From Schizochytrium sp. TIO01 (Eukaryota; Protista; Bigyra: Labyrinthulomycetes): a stretch of DNA of 64,000 bases. A program made the translations under genes and the position numbers. The stretch is from the NCBI GenBank assembly GCA_004764695.1, contig SMSO01000005.1, positions 186,001-250,000 on the forward strand, written 5' to 3'. The stretch's first letter is position 1, and every line of letters starts with the position of its first letter. The notes under the pieces are model-generated. The model did not search any database. It saw only the letters and a program-made list of their open reading frames with translations, and had not been told where the DNA came from. Positions 25,246 to 36,900 of the stretch are shown in pieces.

Positions 25246-27089
25246 TTGGATAGGTAGCGTAAAAGGATGCCTCTTGCGGCATGGACATCACGGTCTGCTA
25301 CATGGTTGCACTTGAGATTAGGGCATTGGAAAACCTTGGATGCCCCGAGTTTATGGTGGAGGGTACCGCACTCATTGCATGTTTTTGAAGTGTAGCTCTC
25401 TTGGCAAAGAACAAGCTTGCACCACGGGAACATCTCAGCCTTATGAATGAGAGCCTGGCGGAACCCAAAATGGGACCAACGACACATCATTCGAACAGAC
25501 TTCTTGGATATCCGTCGCTCCATCCTCCTGCTCATCTTAGAGGTTTCGAATTTAGGCAAGAGAATAACACGATAGTTTTCACAAAGCCAAAGCGCGAGCT
25601 TGCGGTGAATCTCAGTGATCTTGTTCTTGATCTTGAGTTGGGCGCGATAGAAGGCGCGCTTCAAGGGGGTGTTGAAATCGTATGCAGTTTTCTTTTTGTT
25701 TTCTTGAGCTTTATCAATCCTGCTTTGGATCTTATCAACGCGGCGACAGAGATAGAATATGGTTCTAAAATCTTTCCCTGTGCCCCATTCAATGGCGCGG
25801 CCATCAGCGTCATACATCGTCTGAAACGAGCGAACACCCGGATCTAGAGCAATGGCACTGTGGTGCGCCTTGGGTGCCTGGTCCATTGGACGCTTTTTTT
25901 CTTCTCGTAAGAAGCAGAAGTAGACATGCCCAAGGCGATTCATTTGCACACGCATGGCGTTCTTAATCTGACTGGGGAACTTTTCTTTGCGCGTACGAAA
26001 CTCTTTTAGAAAGTTGGTGGTCTTTGATTTCTCCGTATTCCAGATACGTGCGTTCACTTCGAAAATCTGTGATTCATCACGCTTGGTCCGAAACTTATAA
26101 AAAGATTGCTCATGAACTTTCTTTTGTACAGCGAGTTCTTCGTTTTTGGCTCGTCCAGAGTTAAGAGCCTTGAAGAAATCCAGAATCCCGGAATCACGGA
26201 TAGCCTGTGGGACCTCGAGAACCCATTCAGGAGCATCATGCTTTTCTTTAGATCGAACGGCTTTCTTTTCTCCATAGAGGGCACCATACGTTTGGGGATT
26301 CCCATCTTCATCTACTAAAACCTGCTTCGTCTTACGATCCTTTTTGATGCACGCTTCTTGATGCAATTTGATGGCTTCTTTCTCGCCCTTCGCCATGTCT
26401 CGGTGAAACGCAACGCCAATATTGTAGGCTCTTCTAGTGACACCAAACCATTTAAGCAACTGTGTACGTTGATCTTTAGTAGGATATACCCTAACCTTTC
26501 TGGTACGGACAAGGTTATATTCTTTCTTGATGGTCTTGCGCGCCTTCGTGCGAGCTCGCTTCTTCCTCGCTGCGTCGTCGCCGTCTATTTTGCGCTGCTC
26601 GTTTTCCGTGATGCGATGCCACAAAGACGGTGATGATTCCGAGGAGGTCTTTGGTGAAGGTGTCTGCGTCTCCGGCATGTGCATCTTGGCCGTGTACCAC
26701 GAGTTTGACATTTTATCTTTCGAAAAGGTGTTCCAAGAGGTCGACTGCGATTCGCGCAAGTCGGTCGCGGTGCATGACCACAACTTGGCCGATTCCGCCG
26801 CGGTCACAGGCGTCCAGTAGGGAGCACAGGCCTTGGCGTTTGAAATTGACCCCGCTACCGATGTCTTTGTAGACGGCGGAAGCATCTGGGTAGGCGCGCT
26901 GGAGATCGCCAACCTGGCGTTCGAGGTCCTCCTTTTGCTTGGCCGAGGACACTCTGGCGTAGATAACGGTACATCCAGAGCTGCGTTGCTCGCGGCCGGT
27001 GGAACCGCAATCAAAGATGCGCTCAACATCGTCGCTGGCGTAGATGCGCTTGCCTCCGGGGAAGCGCGCGCAGCGCACGCGTCCGCCAT
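25233..27089 (-). CDS. Fanzor2 (eukaryotic TnpB-family RNA-guided DNA endonuclease), apparently intact
   Basis: OrfB-type HTH RTRKVRVYPTKDQ..LLKWFGVTRRAYN; RuvC-I IALDPGVR; VILLPKF with Pro at the canonical Glu position and alternative Glu in CQESYTSKTC; Zn finger CNEC..CPNLKC; RuvC-III DRDVHAARGI. First ATG at 27089; the true start is uncertain. Confidence 0.92.
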   Translation of the reverse strand: MADACAARASPEASASTPATMLSASLIAVPPAASNAALDVPLSTPECPRPSKRRTSNARLAISSAPTQMLPPSTKTSVAGSISNAKACAPYWTPVTAAESAKLWSCTATDLRESQSTSWNTFSKDKMSNSWYTAKMHMPETQTPSPKTSSESSPSLWHRITENEQRKIDGDDAARKKRARTKARKTIKKEYNLVRTRKVRVYPTKDQRTQLLKWFGVTRRAYNIGVAFHRDMAKGEKEAIKLHQEACIKKDRKTKQVLVDEDGNPQTYGALYGEKKAVRSKEKHDAPEWVLEVPQAIRDSGILDFFKALNSGRAKNEELAVQKKVHEQSFYKFRTKRDESQIFEVNARIWNTEKSKTTNFLKEFRTRKEKFPSQIKNAMRVQMNRLGHVYFCFLREEKKRPMDQAPKAHHSAIALDPGVRSFQTMYDADGRAIEWGTGKDFRTIFYLCRRVDKIQSRIDKAQENKKKTAYDFNTPLKRAFYRAQLKIKNKITEIHRKLALWLCENYRVILLPKFETSKMSRRMERRISKKSVRMMCRWSHFGFRQALIHKAEMFPWCKLVLCQESYTSKTCNECGTLHHKLGASKVFQCPNLKCNHVADRDVHAARGILLRYLSKDMI

Positions 27090-27213
27090 CGGCCCAGCCC
27101 CGAAGGGCGCTTGCTGAGACCCCAAACTTCCGGTGAAAGAACTTTGCTGGTTTGTATTCGAGGTTTGCTCCACTTGCAGTGTTTGGAGCTTGGCGGTTCC
27201 TTGGCCTCCCCAT
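26515..27213 (-). pseudogene. tnpA: IS607-family TnpA serine recombinase with one in-frame TAA at 26713-26715
   Basis: MerR-like HTH (FGVSASALRGWAD.G.VRCARFPGGKRIY), catalytic VIYARVSS..QKEDLERQ, DIGSGVNFKR, HRDRLAR. The ORF at 26515..26700 is in the same frame and supplies the C-terminal helix KDLLGIITVFVASHHGKR. Confidence 0.88.
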
Positions 27214-28474
27214 TTTCTTACCTAACCTCCACTTCTTATTAAAGATCTAACTAAGTATAATATATGATTAATATGAAACAAGCACATCGAAATATAAGTT
27301 ATCGAAATTTTAACGGTTTTTGTCATACTGATTTGGGAAGAAAAAAGGACAGCTATCTAAGCAGTGATATCCTTTATTATTCATCATATTCTGGACTTTG
27401 CCAAAGTAGCTACTGTGCTTCCACTTCGGGTTTGCGCCTAGATTTTGCGCGGCTCAAGTAACAGTGGCAGTGCCAAACCCAAGACAACATCATGCACTGG
27501 CACTATCTGGCATCAGCTGAAATCAAAACTCGATCTCCAGATCCATTTAGTAGCAGCGAAGAAGTTGCTGTTGGCAGTGAGCTAACTAACGCACACGCAA
27601 CTCGGAACGTCATTCAGTGGTTCCTATCGCATTGCTGGAGCATTTCTTAGTTCCTGCAACCTACTAGTAGGTAGGGAGCGTATCGTTGCTGCTCATGTGG
27701 TCTCCACGTGCACTCACATTGTTTTGATAATGAGTTATCCTGAATGAGCTTCAGAAGGAGCTCAACCTCGAGCTAATGGTAGATACCCTACCCATCTTGA
27801 ACTGCAGCAAAGGGAACTCTGGAGTGAGCAGGTATTTAGATAGTGAAAATGCTACGAGGAAACTGCTACATTTCATTATCCTACGTAAGAAAATAGTTGC
27901 AATTGAAGAAAAACGCAAAGAATTGGCGCATGAAACCTATCAAGAACTGCATCGGTGAAGACACGAGCACCACCGCTTCGATAGACCCCATGAGCTTGAC
28001 GGGGTTACATAGGCTTAGTCGCTCTTGGAGAGTAATAATCTATTTTCGGGGGCCGTTGCCCTAAGGAAGGTTCCTGGAGGCGTCTGGGTTTGCGTCAAAG
28101 ACGTTCGATCTAGGAGGGGTCTCGCTGTGAGAAGGCCACTTGTTCTACGTGAGGGCCTTCTATGTTAGTATAGAGACAGAAAAAGCGGCAAATGCTGTGT
28201 GTTGAACCTGAGCAGAATCGTAACTTGGGGTTCAGAAGCTTGCAGGGCAATCGTAGCGAGGCTGAAGTTGAGAACTGCAAAAACATCATTAGGGAGCAAA
28301 AGCAACACCTTCAGCTGATTAGGATTAGTAACGGCAGCCACAGAGTACTTTCCGACGCGAGTACTCGTCCAATATTGATCTAGGAATCTCCGGGACTTGC
28401 AGAATATATGGTGGAGTCATTGAACCAATAGGAATTGATTGCTTTTTTACCTGTCTACTTTTCCAAGTAAGACT

Positions 28475-29989
28475 ATGACAGCGGCGAACTCAAAAACATG
28501 GATGCAGGTTTTCAAAGACCATGTCCCAAGTAGATTAGTGTTCGTATCACTTATCACTCGTTTGCTGCTCTACGGTAACATCCGTGTGCTCTACCCACTG
28601 AAGAATTTTATTGCAGAGGATTGGGGTCTCACCTCAGCGGAAATGAACAATATTCTAGCCGCCGGGGAGCTCAGTAGTATTGGGGCCGGAATCGTCGGCT
28701 CGCTTGGTGATGTCTATGGAAATCGTATCATAGCACTCGGTTCCTGGGCCATGACAGTTATTTTTACCTGTATAGTTCTTTGCCCGCCTTCCCTGGAACT
28801 AGACATGATCGCACGTATCATTTCGTCATTGTTTGCGACTGTATTTATCGTAGTATCTCAGTCTGCGGTTGTTGCAGAAACTGATCCAAGGCAGATGGGA
28901 TTCGTGACTGGTATATCTGAGTCTGGCTGGGGATTTTCCATTCTAGCTCTCGTACCAATCCTAACTGTCATCTATGAACATGCTGGCTGGCGTGCCATGT
29001 GGAGTACACTTTGTGCTTTAATGGTTCCTCTCTGTTTTGAGCTTTGGTTCAAGTTTCCTGAAGACGATCGCATAAGCAAGCAAAAAATATGTCACAATAA
29101 GACCGAAATTCAAGTGATTGAGCAGGGAGAAAACATCGCACCGTCGCACGAGTCTAGTGAGTGCAATATTGTGATACAAGACTCTACCAAGGTGGGCATA
29201 TCTAGCTCAAAAATGGAGTTGGCGTTGATGAAATTGAAAACCTCATCATATCGAGCTGTCTTCATGCCCGGTCCTCTCATGTTCAACCTCTCTAGCATGA
29301 TTCTCAACATCGGGCATAATCTTATGTTCCTAGCTTTCACAAATTGGGCATCAATTTATCACGATGTCGATGCGGAAAGTATGGGCGTGGCTAGTTTCGG
29401 CATAGGCGCTGCAGAGCTTGCTGGTATCATGTGTGTAGTTTGCTTTTCCAGCCGCCTTGGTCTCTTGAACACCATTTACATAGCTGGAACTTCGTTTGCT
29501 GTAGCTATCGGCATGTTTATCCTCGCTGCAGATCACTCATTCAGCGCTGGAGTTGCTGTTGCTGCTATTCTTTTCTTGCCTGGAGAATCTATGATTGTTT
29601 CACAAATTGCATTGGCTGAGATTTACGTCCCTCAACATCAACGTACTACTATGCTTGCGATGAATTTCCAGTTTCACTTCTTGGGTCGCGCTATTGGTGC
29701 TTTTGTCGCAGAGCCCATTTGGAGCAAAGGTGAAGTCCTCTCATCTGGCCTCTTAGGCGTTTCCGCTGCTGTCGTCGCGGTTCTTTTACAGTTCTTCTCT
29801 TCATGTTATATTCCCAAAGCAATGGGCGTTGATAGTTCAGTTGAGCATCTAAACAATGCCAAAATAGGGGAGGATAACAAAAACGTTTCTGCAGAACTTT
29901 CTGGAGAAATACATACGAACAAGGTTCCTATCGAGCAGTCTCAAACAATGCTAGACTCTGCATCAAACTCAAAGATGGTGGTTGTATAG
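28475..29989 (+). CDS. MFS transporter, paralog 2
   Basis: Highly similar to paralog 1 (RLLLYGNIRVLYPLKNFIAEDWG, GSLGDVYGNR). First ATG at 28475. Confidence 0.9.
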   Translation: MTAANSKTWMQVFKDHVPSRLVFVSLITRLLLYGNIRVLYPLKNFIAEDWGLTSAEMNNILAAGELSSIGAGIVGSLGDVYGNRIIALGSWAMTVIFTCIVLCPPSLELDMIARIISSLFATVFIVVSQSAVVAETDPRQMGFVTGISESGWGFSILALVPILTVIYEHAGWRAMWSTLCALMVPLCFELWFKFPEDDRISKQKICHNKTEIQVIEQGENIAPSHESSECNIVIQDSTKVGISSSKMELALMKLKTSSYRAVFMPGPLMFNLSSMILNIGHNLMFLAFTNWASIYHDVDAESMGVASFGIGAAELAGIMCVVCFSSRLGLLNTIYIAGTSFAVAIGMFILAADHSFSAGVAVAAILFLPGESMIVSQIALAEIYVPQHQRTTMLAMNFQFHFLGRAIGAFVAEPIWSKGEVLSSGLLGVSAAVVAVLLQFFSSCYIPKAMGVDSSVEHLNNAKIGEDNKNVSAELSGEIHTNKVPIEQSQTMLDSASNSKMVVV

Positions 29990-30446
29990 GCCAATTATCC
30001 AAACTGTTTAATCCAAGAAAAGACAATGTTGTTTTTGATTTTGCTTCGTGAGGTCCATGGCAGATTCATAACACAACTTGAATCAGGTTTCTGCGCTCGT
30101 TCGAAGCGACATTCTAAAAAGTCAATAATTATCCAGCCGCTCATATTCAGTACATTAATTGCCTTCTATCTTACTAAAGCAAACCCGTATCTTAGCTTCT
30201 TTGCGCAATCAAAAATGGTGCTCCTATGCCTGGAAATTAAGGTACTCCCATGTGTAGGACGGATTACGGCACTTAATGTTGAAATGATTAACAAATTAAT
30301 TGGCCATGACATTTTCTTTCTCAACTGGACAGCATCAATTGAATATATTGTAAACATGCATTTCCAAAGAAAAGCAAGGCCAAGGTGTATTTTATGTGAC
30401 GGTGTTGAAACCCGCGAAATATAATCTTACTTGAATTTACTCACGC

Positions 30447-33400
30447 TCAAGATGACCCGCTTGTATCACCGCAAACGGTTGCATCCTGTGAAAACCTATA
30501 TGATGCTGTGTACGCTCTTGCTGCACTGCATGAAGTTGCCAAGTTACATCCATTTTCTACACTTGGGTCACATTGACGAATTCGGAAACGGTTGTTGAAA
30601 AGGTGTGGCCGTTTCTCATATGTTAAGTCAATCGTGCCGCCACTGCAGGGGAGTTCTAGAGACGGGACAAAAAGCTCTTGAATCCACTCGGACGTAGACT
30701 CGTCGAAGTAATCAATGAAAAATCCCTGCTCACAAACATCTGTCGAGGTGGTGTATTCATCAGTTTTAGTCTTCGAGCAAGTATTGTCTGTCGTCACTTT
30801 CCCAGTTCCGAAAGCTTCCACACTTTGCTGAATAGAATATGTATTTTCTAAAATTCCGTTGCGACATTTCTCTGGGTTAGAACTTCCAATGGCCTTGCAG
30901 TACTGATAGGCCCACTTCTTCCCCGTACCTTCCAAATTGCCTGAGGTCCAAATTGCTTTAACACACTCTGCAGTTGGGTCTTTTTTAGTCTGATAAACAT
31001 TGGCGGTGTTACACCAAGTCTCAACCGCGGCTCTAATTTCTGTTTCGGAGTATGTTGCTGTTGGATCAACAAGGCTTTTAGCAAGGGCGACAGCTACGTT
31101 CATGCGCATCCATGTACATTTGCTGAAGGCGCTATCATCCGACAGATCTGTCCGTGTAGCTTCCATAAAGTCGATCTCAGCGGTGGGGCAGAAGCCAGTT
31201 GAGTTTGTACTGAAGGCCCGTTCTTCGTTTGTATCAATAATATGATCAAAGTCCAAGCGATAACCTGCTAAACCCTGAATATCTCCACCTTGAGCAATCA
31301 TTTTCTGGCAAGTAATTTGCACATGAAGAGAATTATTGAATTCAAGAACCCATGTTCGAGACGCGCCTCTTGTCACCGAGTTTACATCAGCTGTGTCGTA
31401 CTGAAGAAAAGAAAATGCCGCTGCAACTTCGTCGGTCGTCACATTAGAGCCATCTTTTGTCCAACCTGAGCCGGGGCCATCAAAGCATGTATTTGCAGAT
31501 AGGGTATAGCTGGTTGTGTTAGCAAAAGTAAATCTAGCGTCTACCATAACTGCGCGCTCTCCAAGTGTAGTTTTAATAGACATCTCTTTCTCTGGCAATG
31601 TATAAAGCTCCATCACTGCAGGAGATGATTGGTTGCTTGCAATACAAGGTGACCCAATAGCACCAATGTTGAACTGCCCATACTGTTCTAGCCATGCAGC
31701 TCTCTGGCTATCATAGGTACAGTTGTTACCTTCATGGTCTAGCTGAGCCGTGCAAACACCTTCATCAACTTTGCAGGTGTCTGGTGAACGCCCATCACAA
31801 ATAACCCATGCATCTACCACATATTCTGTTTCGTTGAATGGTATTAGTTCTGGGTCACCATAAGCAATACACTCTGGACAACAACTAGTGGTGTTAGCAG
31901 TGTTTGTATATGTGATGTTGAGGCTCAGAACACCGTTGTTACCCAGTAAATTCTCACAATACTCTACATCCGTTGCATTTGCCAGGTCGCAGTATGCGCG
32001 CTCAGTTTCTTGGGTGCGGCAATATCCATAATCTGTAAGATTAAGCACTGTTGCGTTCAGCTCTGAGCAACATCTGTCGCAATCGCTAAGAGCCTGAAAA
32101 TCTGATGTTTCTGTAACACAAATTTGAGGATACAGATTCGCGTCTCTTGTGGTGCACACAGCACAAGTTGTATTTTCAATAGTAATAGGCGGTTCTGTAG
32201 GTGCTATGGTTGGTGCGGGCGTGGGGCAAAGTTCGTTTTCAACCATGATGGTAACTGAGATTTTTGGTACAGGTAGACAGTCATTCTCAACTGCGCAATC
32301 GCTTCCAAGCATATCACACTGAGAAACTTTGATGGGGCGTGTCACTAAGTTTGGGTAGTCAAGAGCACTGAGGGTTGCATTTTCACAAAGAGGGTTTTCC
32401 ACTGGAATAAAGAATTCATCTTCCCACTCTCCTGTGTCAGGGTTTTTCGTCTGGATCTGGGCTCCAATAGCACACGGGTATGGCTTTGATGAAGGATATT
32501 CGGACACACTTTCTAAACACTCCGCATCAGAAAAGTATCCAAAATTTCGTACAATATACGCCTGACGGTCCGCAGCATATTGAAACCAGCTGGTCTCAGC
32601 AATATCTGCGGCGCAATCCCTGTACATAGCTTCATCGTATCCTGTCCTATCAATATTCATACTGTCAATCTGGCATACCAAGTCAGCCCAATTTTGGCTT
32701 GTATTGGAACACTCGTCAAAGCAGTTTCCATCACCACAAATATAACTTATGCAAGTGTCAATGGAGTCAATCGTAAAATTAGTCACGATCCCAGTTAAAT
32801 CATTGATAGAGCACCATTCACGCACGTTGGCTTGCAAATTAGTCTCGGAACAGGAGGAATCCACTAATGCCTTGCAGGCTTCTACGCAGGTTCCAAGTTC
32901 CTTACGCAGACAAGCGTCATCCTCCTCAATTGAAAGCGTTCTCGATTCCGCAAAGTTCTCCGAGATTATACCCGACTTACAAAAGCCTTGAACACTATTC
33001 AAGTCAGACGTCGATGACGCTATTTGGCGCACAGTGATGTCGAGACGAGAACGGTAGTCAGATGATTGGTAGCAAACTATTGAAGTGAAAACCGTCTTAT
33101 CTAGGTTTTGAATATTCCAACGATACAATGTGGAAGACTCTACTGTTAAGTTCCAGGTACTAGGGAAGAAGCTGTCACCTGTAACTGTCCATGCGCTAGA
33201 ATTAGCATTGACAAAACAGTCTCTTGCGTCGAGTGTGTAATCGGTGGACTCCTCGGCGACCTGCACACTAGAGATGATGCCTCGCTCCCCAAGGGTAAGA
33301 TTGATAACTTGCCCTTCACCATCATACATCACCATATATGGAAACTGTTCTTCCTCCCATACAGGTGTTGCTTGACACGGACTTCCACTGGTATCCCAAT

Positions 33401-33989
33401 CATACCACCATGGTTGCGGATCGTCGGATTCGGGTTTACGAGATCTTTTCACAAATTCACAAGACCCACCCCATGGATCTTTCCGATTTTCGCAACGCAC
33501 CGGTCCATGCTCGCATTGACTGTTTCTGTCATCACAAACTACCCAGTTGGCTCTTGTTCCATTGAACGATGTACAACGAGGGTCACCCCAACAATTGCAT
33601 TCACTGCAACAAGTTTCATTCGACAAAACTTGTGGATTCGAAAATTGTACTGTAAGGCTTAAGCTTATTGTCTCCAGGTTGCAGTCTGGACAGAATGGAT
33701 CGATAATTTCATATGACTGACAATTCTCAGAAGTACTTTGCATTTGGCGAGGTAGAGTGTCCGATGTGATGCCAAGTAGGCGTCGTGCACTTAATGAGGG
33801 GCTGGGGCAGCAACTAGAAAAATTGAACGATGCATCAACAGAATCGCCAAATTCCAAAGAACGAGGACTATCTGCGCTACACAGAGTACCAAGATCAAGG
33901 GTCTTACTGCTTGGTTGGCAGGACTCAACCTGGCCCTTCGTCTCTTCGAGAAACACAAAGGAAAGAAGAAACAACGCAAGGAGATTCAT
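30447..33989 (-). CDS. Secreted Cys-rich protein with two VWD-like modules, paralog A (intact)
   Basis: Signal-peptide-like MNLLALFLLSFVFLEETKG (ATG 33989); ARRLL dibasic site; modules begin CNCWGDPRCTSFNG and CIAYGDPELIPFN, resembling the vWF-D C-x-x-x-GDPH motif; Pro/Thr linker; many N-x-S/T sites. Confidence 0.75.
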   Translation of the reverse strand: MNLLALFLLSFVFLEETKGQVESCQPSSKTLDLGTLCSADSPRSLEFGDSVDASFNFSSCCPSPSLSARRLLGITSDTLPRQMQSTSENCQSYEIIDPFCPDCNLETISLSLTVQFSNPQVLSNETCCSECNCWGDPRCTSFNGTRANWVVCDDRNSQCEHGPVRCENRKDPWGGSCEFVKRSRKPESDDPQPWWYDWDTSGSPCQATPVWEEEQFPYMVMYDGEGQVINLTLGERGIISSVQVAEESTDYTLDARDCFVNANSSAWTVTGDSFFPSTWNLTVESSTLYRWNIQNLDKTVFTSIVCYQSSDYRSRLDITVRQIASSTSDLNSVQGFCKSGIISENFAESRTLSIEEDDACLRKELGTCVEACKALVDSSCSETNLQANVREWCSINDLTGIVTNFTIDSIDTCISYICGDGNCFDECSNTSQNWADLVCQIDSMNIDRTGYDEAMYRDCAADIAETSWFQYAADRQAYIVRNFGYFSDAECLESVSEYPSSKPYPCAIGAQIQTKNPDTGEWEDEFFIPVENPLCENATLSALDYPNLVTRPIKVSQCDMLGSDCAVENDCLPVPKISVTIMVENELCPTPAPTIAPTEPPITIENTTCAVCTTRDANLYPQICVTETSDFQALSDCDRCCSELNATVLNLTDYGYCRTQETERAYCDLANATDVEYCENLLGNNGVLSLNITYTNTANTTSCCPECIAYGDPELIPFNETEYVVDAWVICDGRSPDTCKVDEGVCTAQLDHEGNNCTYDSQRAAWLEQYGQFNIGAIGSPCIASNQSSPAVMELYTLPEKEMSIKTTLGERAVMVDARFTFANTTSYTLSANTCFDGPGSGWTKDGSNVTTDEVAAAFSFLQYDTADVNSVTRGASRTWVLEFNNSLHVQITCQKMIAQGGDIQGLAGYRLDFDHIIDTNEERAFSTNSTGFCPTAEIDFMEATRTDLSDDSAFSKCTWMRMNVAVALAKSLVDPTATYSETEIRAAVETWCNTANVYQTKKDPTAECVKAIWTSGNLEGTGKKWAYQYCKAIGSSNPEKCRNGILENTYSIQQSVEAFGTGKVTTDNTCSKTKTDEYTTSTDVCEQGFFIDYFDESTSEWIQELFVPSLELPCSGGTIDLTYEKRPHLFNNRFRIRQCDPSVENGCNLATSCSAARAYTASYRFSQDATVCGDTSGSS

Positions 33990-36900
33990 TGTAGCTTGGT
34001 TCTTTAGTCTACTATAATTCGAGGTTTGGTGGAGATTGTGGTTTGCTTTGCCAGACAAACGGAGCGTCAATGGCAAGTATTTGGCGATGATTTATACTCA
34101 TTTATTTAGTATCACCATTAAATAGCGATGGACGAGACAGATCGTGCCTACACGCCCACAATGCATGCGTATACTCAGGATTCCGCAGAGCTATTCTCTT
34201 TATTGAAGTGCTACGCTCGACAAGGCCCAGTTGAATTTAAAAGAAAAAAATAATCCCGAAACAATACTCTGGATCTCCTTACTTAAGCAACTGAAGAACT
34301 CAAAACAATTTTGCTTCTGTCAAATGAACAAATTATAACGAGACATAATTTTTGCCTTAGGAGAACTTTCAGATAGTAATAAAACATAGGCTTCTTACTA
34401 TGCATGAACTTCCTTCAAACTTTTGGTAAGACACATTGGTTCGCCCAAATGAACTCGTACTACCCGGTTCAAGACGTCAAAGCGAGTACCGATTTAGAAG
34501 TAAAACTTTTACATTGCTATAGACGGCGAACTCACTGTGCTGCACGCTGCGCACTCTCTTTGTTTGTTCTTGATTTCCCGTTCTGGTTTTATATATAAAT
34601 AAGAACTAGAACTAGACTTGTTATTGATTTATCAGCTTCAAGTTGGTACAAGAAAAAAAAAGGGACGAAAGAAATATTGACAAATGACAAATGACAAAGG
34701 AAGAGAAATTGGATGCTGCGGTGAACCGTATTTCCCGTTATTTTATGTTCAACGAATTCTGAGCCATGTGCGAACTTTCGCCTGAAGGTTGTGTTTTCTG
34801 ACAACGTCAAACCCTGTGCAAAGGTAAATCAAGTAGCACCTGAACCATGCTAGTGATGATATCCTGCCAAGGATATTGAAGACATGACGTTCGACTTTTT
34901 CATATGTCTGGTTGTTTTAGTTCGATGACCCAGCCGGACGAGGTAAGGGGTTAGTATTAAATTCGTTATACTAAAATATTATTAAACTTTAAAATTTAAT
35001 ATATATGTATATATAGGTACTATAATTCATTTAAAATGTTTAATAGTAATAATAGTAGTGATGATAGAGAGAGTGATTCCCGTGAACACTAGCGAAGTAA
35101 GCGCTTAGAATGTTTTAGCCTTGCAGAGACTGAATAGGATGCCTGGGCTACACAGTACAGTCCAAAAATAATTAAGAGTTGATTGTACTTCTTTGCGAGG
35201 ACCCATTCAACTGAGGACGGAGCGAAGCTTTTTATCTAATGTCGACAACTCTGATCATGGGCCGTACTAGCTAAGACTAAGACGATTGCGTCCCGTGTCG
35301 GTGCGCAGCTTTTGACTTGCGGGAAGTAGACGAAGTTGCAATCTTCTGCTTAGTGATATCATGAAGTGGGTAAGGTCCTTTGTTCTCCAACCCGTGATGA
35401 ATAGTTGAATCACCTGGTACTACCTACCATTCCTGTAGCCACGGTAAAGTTAGTATTGCGTGCTTCTCTTTGCAACTCCTGGGAAGGACTCGAGAAAAGT
35501 AAGTCCCAAAACGAGCATATACGGTGGCACCATAGTAGCTTTGGCGAGTTGATCAGGATAGCCAGTATGGCTCGGGCTGTTAGTAAATCAAACTGACCTG
35601 AAGGTGAGCCAGAAGTCCACGCATATCCTGTTTACTCAGTAGCGGCGCGCCTGAAGTCCAGGTCACACTTTAACTGGCAGTTGACACGTAGGTTACGGCC
35701 CGTGCATTGCTCGGTTTATTGTGAAGAAAGAGTTTAGATTGTAACAGGAAAGAGTGCTCGTTGAGCCAGAAGTTAGCGAAATTCGTGTTGGGAAATGATG
35801 CCTTCCTTTTCGCAAGAGATATCGAGATACCGATTCCAGTGATTGCGTTGAAGGGAGATTTTCGAGTATTACTTCGAGAGACCGTTGTTGCTATCAGGGC
35901 GAAAAAAAAAATCGATTACTTATATTTCAGGAACAAATTGGGAATATCCAATCCAGTAAAAGTAAGTGCTAATATAATACAAGTTAGTGCGCAGTAGGCT
36001 ACGGAGAATTGGGTCTCTAATAATCCTGGTCACTCTTCTTACTAGTCAGATGCTACTCTCATATTTATTTATATTTAAAAAAACAAACACAAAAAACAGT
36101 TGAGTAAGGACACACTCAAAGCATAATTTTTTATGACTCAGGTTAAGTAGTTTCTACATTATCCATCACGGAGCTGATTTACTTTCAACTTGCCATCTCC
36201 AGTCTCTTTATTGGTAATTTCCCCTTTCTCGTCATAATTTGGAAAGGATTTGTAACAGGCTAATTTCAAACAAAGTGATCAGACAAAGCCACGACTCATG
36301 AGATGCGCTACAACCTCACTCACCACTAGTATTGTACTTTTGTCTTGATTAATTATATCTTTGTATTAAATAAATGGGGGAAAGCACAGTATGGATGGAT
36401 ACCTTGACTTGAGGTTTTATCCAAGTAAAAGGGTTGATAGAAGTCAATTATAATACGGCGCATGACATTGCTTTGCTCCCATGAACATGAAGAGCCCTTG
36501 AATAAGAGCACGATTTTTCAGTCTACCGTATCACTTGCTTGCCACGAGAACCTAACTTGGACCGTAGCTTAGTAGTGGTTCACATTGTCTCTGATTTGAA
36601 AGGAAGAAGCCGTTCACAGAAGATCGCCAAGACTTACAGCTTACTTTGTTCGTCCATGGGGTAATTTGTTCTACAAGTAGTCAGTCAGCCAGTCAAATAT
36701 GATCAGTAAGAGAACAATGAAAAACGAAGCACACCATTAATTAAAACACCACTTTTACTTATTACTTTAAATTAATTAATAAATGTACTAAGGGTGTCAT
36801 GCTTGTTGTCATTCAGCTTAAGTAGAAATTTCTCAGAGGCAATTGAGTCATAAAATAGTGAATAAATAAATAAGCTGTGTGAGTACATATGTAAAATTTA

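Larger units (their letters stand above)
25125..27251 (-). mobile_element. IS607-like Fanzor2 transposon (serine recombinase TnpA + Fanzor/TnpB); boundaries approximate
   Basis: Overlapping TnpA and TnpB-family ORFs in IS607 order; structured non-coding 3' end; short TTAG/TAAG repeats upstream of the TnpA ATG; no TIRs seen. Confidence 0.85.

Noticed and set aside
25401-27117. Plus-strand ORFs antisense to Fanzor/TnpA
   Set aside because: Shadow ORFs of the real minus-strand genes.
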